A stretch of 64,000 nucleotides of DNA from Candidatus Altiarchaeota archaeon (GTDB taxonomy: Archaea > Altiarchaeota > Altiarchaeia > IMC4 > SCGC-AAA252-I15). A model generated the notes under the pieces. It made no database searches, was not told the DNA's origin, and saw only the letters and a program-made list of their open reading frames with translations. Numbering within the stretch: position 1 is the first letter of the stretch; every line of letters starts with the position of its first letter. The stretch lies in assembly GCA_043800705.1 (NCBI GenBank), contig JAZDMS010000023.1:1-64000 (forward strand), given 5' to 3'. The translations under genes were made by a program, and so were the position numbers. This document shows, piece after piece, positions 59,437 to 64,000 of the stretch.

Positions 59437-60678
59437 TCACTCCAGCTCCAGAGCCAATCCCTTCAAGGACTCCTTCAGCGATGCAAGCCCGCAGCCCGCA
59501 TCCTCAGAATAATGGCTCGCCTTTTCATTCGCCTCTTTCGCGCCGGCTTCGCTTCTTGCCGCCTTCTCCTTGGCGGATCCGATCTCCCTCCCTAAGGCAT
59601 CCTCCTTCGCGGCCTCCGGCATCGACTGCACGCTCATCCGCTGCTTCATAAGCTCGTCCCTAAGCGAGAAATATTCCCTCCTTAAACCATCGTCGAGCTC
59701 CTTCCTTGCGGACTCCACCTTTCTCAGGGTCTTCTCCGAGTCTTTGAGGCTGACCGAGCCTTTTGAAACTGCTTGGACGAATCCCTCCAACAGCGCCTCG
59801 ACGGCGCCGTCCTGGGCGGAAAAATAGGCATCCGCCGGATTCTCCTGAAGGCCCGCCGTTAGCTTCGCCTGCGCCTTGTCGAGAAGGAGCTTCTCGTATT
59901 TCCTCAGCCCCGACCTGAGGGGGCTAAGCGCCATATGGGCCTTAGAATCCATGGCCGATACCCTCCCCTCCAAGACCGACAACCCCCCCCTTGCCTCCAT
60001 CATGGTCGCATACTGCGGGCTGCCCCTCAGCGCCTGAAGCTCGGACTCCAGGGAAGCGGCTGTCTTCCTGGCGGATTCGGCCTCCAGACGGAGCCTTTCG
60101 GACTCTTCCGTCAACGCCTTGGATTTACCGACAAGCTCCAGGTAACGGTTCAACCTTTCCTTGACTTCCGACAGCTTAGCGGATTCCGTGTCAGATATCA
60201 AAATACCCTGCAGCTTCTCCCTCGCGTCAAGGAGCTTCCTGCAGTCGCCCTGAACTCTGCCCATCTCCTTTCGGAACGCGAACGTGAGGAATTTCCCGTC
60301 CCCGAAACTCACTTTTCCCATCGTGTCCAGGGCTTCGCCGAGTCTCGCCTCGTATGCCCGAAGGTCATCCAGTCCGCCTATCGGGGCGGCCAGACCCTCG
60401 GCGGCCAGAAGCATCGACTTCACGTATGCAGGCTTCGCGGTCCTCACGATCTTGTCGTATCTGGGATCGATGTCGTTGAAGCCGGAGGCATCAAGGCCCG
60501 CAAGATCCTCGCGCAGCCTCGCGACAAGCTCGCCCGCGGATGCGGCCACCGGTCCGGCATCTTCTGCCATCGCGTCTGCGTCGGACCTCAGCCTGTCCTC
60601 TATCCATCCATCAAGCCTGGCAAGCGGGATCCTCTTTGGCTTAGAGCCGCCGCCGAAGAGGCCGTCGAAGAATCCCAT
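59437..60678 (-). CDS. Coiled-coil hypothetical protein
   Basis: MGFFDGLFGG N-terminus and long heptad-rich helices. Confidence 0.7.
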   Translation of the reverse strand: MGFFDGLFGGGSKPKRIPLARLDGWIEDRLRSDADAMAEDAGPVAASAGELVARLREDLAGLDASGFNDIDPRYDKIVRTAKPAYVKSMLLAAEGLAAPIGGLDDLRAYEARLGEALDTMGKVSFGDGKFLTFAFRKEMGRVQGDCRKLLDAREKLQGILISDTESAKLSEVKERLNRYLELVGKSKALTEESERLRLEAESARKTAASLESELQALRGSPQYATMMEARGGLSVLEGRVSAMDSKAHMALSPLRSGLRKYEKLLLDKAQAKLTAGLQENPADAYFSAQDGAVEALLEGFVQAVSKGSVSLKDSEKTLRKVESARKELDDGLRREYFSLRDELMKQRMSVQSMPEAAKEDALGREIGSAKEKAARSEAGAKEANEKASHYSEDAGCGLASLKESLKGLALELE

Positions 60679-60821
60679 GGAAAATGAATTGGACGCTCCG
60701 GATAAATATCGACTTCTAAGATGCTGTAGCGTGCTTTCTTGGGCCTTCCCATAATCTATGCACCACCCGGGCTTCTTCCTTTGCTCCCTGGAGCCTTATA
60801 TGCCCCCTACTAATAACTCAT

Positions 60822-62576
60822 ATGCTCGACAGCCCCTCCGTCGACGGTGACGCCTCCAAGGGTAAGACCCTATATGACAGAATATACGACTTTGCAGTAC
60901 AAGCCGAGAAGCCGATAAACATCAAGGACATCCAAGACAATTTCCAGCTTGACGAGATGGCTTTCAGGAATGTCATCAGCACATTCACAAACGCCCACGT
61001 CTTCGAAGTCAAAGAGAACAGGATAATGCAGGTCAATCCCCCATTCGGCCTCGTCCGGTACGAGAACGTCGAACCGATCAAGGTGCTCAGGGAGGAACAG
61101 GTAGAGTGGCGGGGTCTGGCATTCCATGTGCAGGTGGTTGAGGCGAAAAACGAGGCCGTGCCGGTCTACTACATCCCGCCTTTGAAAATCGGAAACGGTG
61201 TGAGGATCCGCCTCAAATGCATATTCAACAGCCTCTCAAGCGCCCACGGAAAGAAGCCCCAGATGGACGGGGAATTCGAACACCCGACGGACTCATCCAG
61301 GCACCTGGCCCAGAAAGCCATAGAGGACGAATTTAACGTCCGCCCAGACATGTCGGACAGGCTATCCGACGCGCTCATATACGAATTCGCAGAAGTGGGC
61401 TGCCTGAGCATATTCCTCGCAGACCGGGACATAGAGGAGATAGTATTCAACGGAACATCAGCGGCGTCGCTGTACAGCTGCACCCACGGCTGGCTGAAAA
61501 CAAATGTCTATCCCACACGGGAGGAGTCGCTCTTCGAGATAGCGACCCGGATGGCACGCGTTGTCCAGAAGGAGATAAATTTCAGCAACCCGATAGTCGA
61601 GACGAGGCTCCAAAGCGGCGACAGGGTAAGCACGCTCCTGAACGCGGTCGCTCCCCAAGGCACGATAATAACCATACGGAAATTCTTCCGCAACCCCACA
61701 ACCATAGTGGGGCTGATTAAAGAACTCAATAGCGTAAGCATAGACATCGCAGCCCTGCTCTGGTTCGCCGTGGAATACGAACTTAACATACTCGTGGCCG
61801 GCGGCTCGGGCTCTGGCAAGACCACGCTCCTGAATGCCGTCTGCAACCTCATACCATCGTCAGTCCACGTCCTCAGCATAGAAAGCCTGAGGGAAATACA
61901 CATCCCCGAATCTAGGTCCTGGAACTGGCTCTCCCTCCAAACAAGGGAAGACCCTAACGTGGAACCGATCACTAGCTCAGACCTCATGGCAGTCAGCCTC
62001 AAGATGCGGCCGGAACGGATAATACTCGGCGAAGCCGTCCGACCGGAAGACATAAGGAGCCTCTTCCAGGCCATGCAGGTCGGCCACCCCGTCTTCTCAA
62101 CCATCCACGCCACCACGTCCAACGAGCTCATACGCAGGGTGATGGACCCGGCATATGGCATCCCCAAGACGGATATCAGCTCAATCGACCTGGTCGTGGT
62201 GATGTACCATGACGTGAGGGAGAGAACTCGTAAAATACTCGAGGTCTCGGAGATAAGATACGAAAGCAACCTGTCAGAAGCAGAGGCCATATCGCACATA
62301 TACCGGTACTCCCAAAAATCGAAGACATACCTGAACATTTCCAAACCGAGGAAGATATTCGAAAAAGTCTCTATGAAGACCGGGATGACCGCGGAGGAGA
62401 TGGAGACGGACATAGGAGAGAAGAAGAAAGTCATACAGTGGGCCATCGACAGGCACATCACCCAGGTTAAAAACTTCGAGATGCTTGTTCAGGAGTACTA
62501 TAGCAACCGAAAAGCTCTGATGGCGCAAATCCAGGCGGAAAATCCCGGCAAAGAGCAAGACGCCCCCCAAACTTAA
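60822..62576 (+). CDS. Type II/IV secretion ATPase (VirB11/ArlI/CpaF family)
   Basis: DIEEI, ITIRKF, GGSGSGKTT, MRPERIILGE and GH...STIHA motifs; TTATATGC box 26 nt upstream of the ATG. Confidence 0.9.
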   Translation: MLDSPSVDGDASKGKTLYDRIYDFAVQAEKPINIKDIQDNFQLDEMAFRNVISTFTNAHVFEVKENRIMQVNPPFGLVRYENVEPIKVLREEQVEWRGLAFHVQVVEAKNEAVPVYYIPPLKIGNGVRIRLKCIFNSLSSAHGKKPQMDGEFEHPTDSSRHLAQKAIEDEFNVRPDMSDRLSDALIYEFAEVGCLSIFLADRDIEEIVFNGTSAASLYSCTHGWLKTNVYPTREESLFEIATRMARVVQKEINFSNPIVETRLQSGDRVSTLLNAVAPQGTIITIRKFFRNPTTIVGLIKELNSVSIDIAALLWFAVEYELNILVAGGSGSGKTTLLNAVCNLIPSSVHVLSIESLREIHIPESRSWNWLSLQTREDPNVEPITSSDLMAVSLKMRPERIILGEAVRPEDIRSLFQAMQVGHPVFSTIHATTSNELIRRVMDPAYGIPKTDISSIDLVVVMYHDVRERTRKILEVSEIRYESNLSEAEAISHIYRYSQKSKTYLNISKPRKIFEKVSMKTGMTAEEMETDIGEKKKVIQWAIDRHITQVKNFEMLVQEYYSNRKALMAQIQAENPGKEQDAPQT

Positions 62577-62583
62577 TCGGGGG

Positions 62584-63243
62584 CTATAAGCAGGCCAACA
62601 GCGCCTCAAGCTCGGCTGCGTTGACTACCGGCCTGTTGTACTCGTCGCCTTCGATCCTCGGGCAGGCGGTGTTTACCCAGCAGTCGACCTTGAACGGTAT
62701 GAGGTTGTTCGGACTCAGCTCCTCGGCGGCGAAGATGCAGGCCTTCTTTCCTTTTGCCTCTAACCTCCTCTTCAACACAAAGGCCCTCTTAAGGTCGAAC
62801 TGGCCGTCTTTCGTCGACACCATTATGCCGAACGTCTTGGACTCCAAAGCCCTGGCAATGGCGCCCTTTCGCTTTCCGATCCAGCGCCTCTTCTCCGCAT
62901 CGGTGATCCTGTCAAGGACGCCAGATATAGGATTGAGGATGAACACCGGCTTCTCAGTCTTCAGCGCGATGCCAAGGGGATGGAACCTGCCTGAGCCGAC
63001 GTAGATGAAGCAGTCGACGTCCAGCTTCAGCGCGTTCTCCTGCCTGCAGCCCAGAATCTGCCCGCCTACTGAGGCCTTCTTGCCCCTGGCTTCCAGGCAT
63101 GCCTTAAGCTGGTCGAGCATGTTAAGGTGCTGGGCGGTCCCTACGATTCCGATGAATGCGTAGGATTCGAGGACCTCCATGTTCTCCTCCAAAACGGGAA
63201 TCGGGTCGGCGGTAGAATAACAGGGGACGTGGACGATCTTCAT
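62584..63243 (-). CDS. dph2: Diphthamide biosynthesis protein Dph2, short form
   Basis: TAQH, GQILGC, GSGRFH, STKDGQ and NTACPRI motifs. Confidence 0.85.
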   Translation of the reverse strand: MKIVHVPCYSTADPIPVLEENMEVLESYAFIGIVGTAQHLNMLDQLKACLEARGKKASVGGQILGCRQENALKLDVDCFIYVGSGRFHPLGIALKTEKPVFILNPISGVLDRITDAEKRRWIGKRKGAIARALESKTFGIMVSTKDGQFDLKRAFVLKRRLEAKGKKACIFAAEELSPNNLIPFKVDCWVNTACPRIEGDEYNRPVVNAAELEALLACL

Positions 63244-63306
63244 GGATAATAAGAAGGCCGTTGACGAAATATAAGGGCGCGGTCACGGCCTGCCGGGAGA
63301 AGCGGA

Positions 63307-64000
63307 CTATTCCTTCTTCTCCTCTTTCTTCTCAGCCTTTTTATCCTCTTTCTTCTGGTTCTCCCACGTCTCCTGGTAGGTGACGTCCGTCAGCTGCAGG
63401 AACTTGAAGGTTTCGGCGCTGAAGGATGCCTTCCTCGCAAGCAGGTTGCGGTCGTGGAATGCGGCCTTGGGAAGGCTCAGCGTGAGCTTTTTGCCTGCGA
63501 GCTTGTGCTCGAATCCGGCGGTGCTTTCGAAGTTGCGCTCGATTATGTAGTCTACTTTTTCCTCGTCGGATTTGGCCTTGTCCGCGACTTGTACGTCGAA
63601 TACGAGCGTCTTCCCGGCGAGCTCGTGGTTGAAGTCGACGCGAACCCTGCCGCCGGCGACCGTCTGCACCCTTCCGCGCATGTTGTCTATCTCGACAGGC
63701 ATGCCGGGGATAGGGTTCATCTTCTCCTGCTTGAAGAGCTTCAATGGGACCAGTTTGACCATGGCGGCGCTCTTCTGGCCGTAGCCCTTCTCAGGCGGGA
63801 TCTCGACGGTCTTCTTGTCGCCGACCTTCATATGCGCCAGCTCCTCGTCGAGGCCTTTTATGACCTGTCCCTCTCCGACCGCTACGTTCAGGGGCTTGTA
63901 GATCCTCTGGTTGTTGTAGATGTTCTCCTTCTTCGCGAGCTGCTCGTCTGTGGTGTCGAATATCTGGCCGTCTTTTATGCGTCCCGTATAGTTTATTTTG
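63307..64000 (-). CDS. FKBP-type peptidyl-prolyl isomerase (archaeal long type), 5'-truncated by the window edge
   Basis: Frame stays open to the edge: KINYTGRIKDGQIFDTT...VIKGLDE...IPPEKGYG...VDFNHELAGKTL. Confidence 0.93.
   Translation of the reverse strand, partial: KINYTGRIKDGQIFDTTDEQLAKKENIYNNQRIYKPLNVAVGEGQVIKGLDEELAHMKVGDKKTVEIPPEKGYGQKSAAMVKLVPLKLFKQEKMNPIPGMPVEIDNMRGRVQTVAGGRVRVDFNHELAGKTLVFDVQVADKAKSDEEKVDYIIERNFESTAGFEHKLAGKKLTLSLPKAAFHDRNLLARKASFSAETFKFLQLTDVTYQETWENQKKEDKKAEKKEEKKE

Noticed and set aside
54498-62576. Complete conjugative element or provirus
   Set aside because: No relaxase, integrase, att-bearing tRNA, capsid or terminase gene was recognised in the window.
1-64000. 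tRNA or rRNA genes, and the many overlapping antisense or alternate-frame ORFs
   Set aside because: No cloverleaf, T-loop or rRNA signature was seen by eye (tRNAscan-SE not run). Shadow ORFs are expected from GC-rich codon bias and lack motifs.

Overview
Archaeal chromosomal window. The evidence is PCNA, class I lysyl-tRNA synthetase, ATP-dependent DNA ligase, Dph2, translin, split PurS/PurL/PurQ, and TATA-type, often leaderless promoters. A DPANN-related lineage such as Altiarchaeota is plausible, but that is inference. The window holds housekeeping genes (purSLQ, pcn, lysS, lig, metV-metF, lysA, TrmJ-type methylase, dph2, FKBP) and a nucleotide-sugar/pentose cluster (galU, UXS, GalE-like, rpe, split transketolase, RHH-NTP transferase, PMM/PGM, ugd). 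It also holds many orphan surface or membrane proteins, a 1554-aa protein with three kinase-like domains, two GT9-like paralogs, and a VirB4-like / MoxR / VirB11-like ATPase region with a two-component cassette between two copies of the VirB4 5' end. The most unusual feature is the ~460-bp intergenic region at 34009-34496, apparently a small-RNA cluster. A 25-bp repeat occurs three times, one copy being the 3' end of an orphan gene. Two tandem hairpin units show covariation, and there is a textbook box C/D guide RNA whose D guide fits C34 of a CAU-anticodon tRNA, plus a heptamer-periodic hairpin. Two single-base homopolymer indels (purL, lig) look like assembly errors. No tRNA, rRNA, CRISPR array, cas gene, integrase or transposase was recognised. 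All protein calls come from motifs read by eye; no database search was run.
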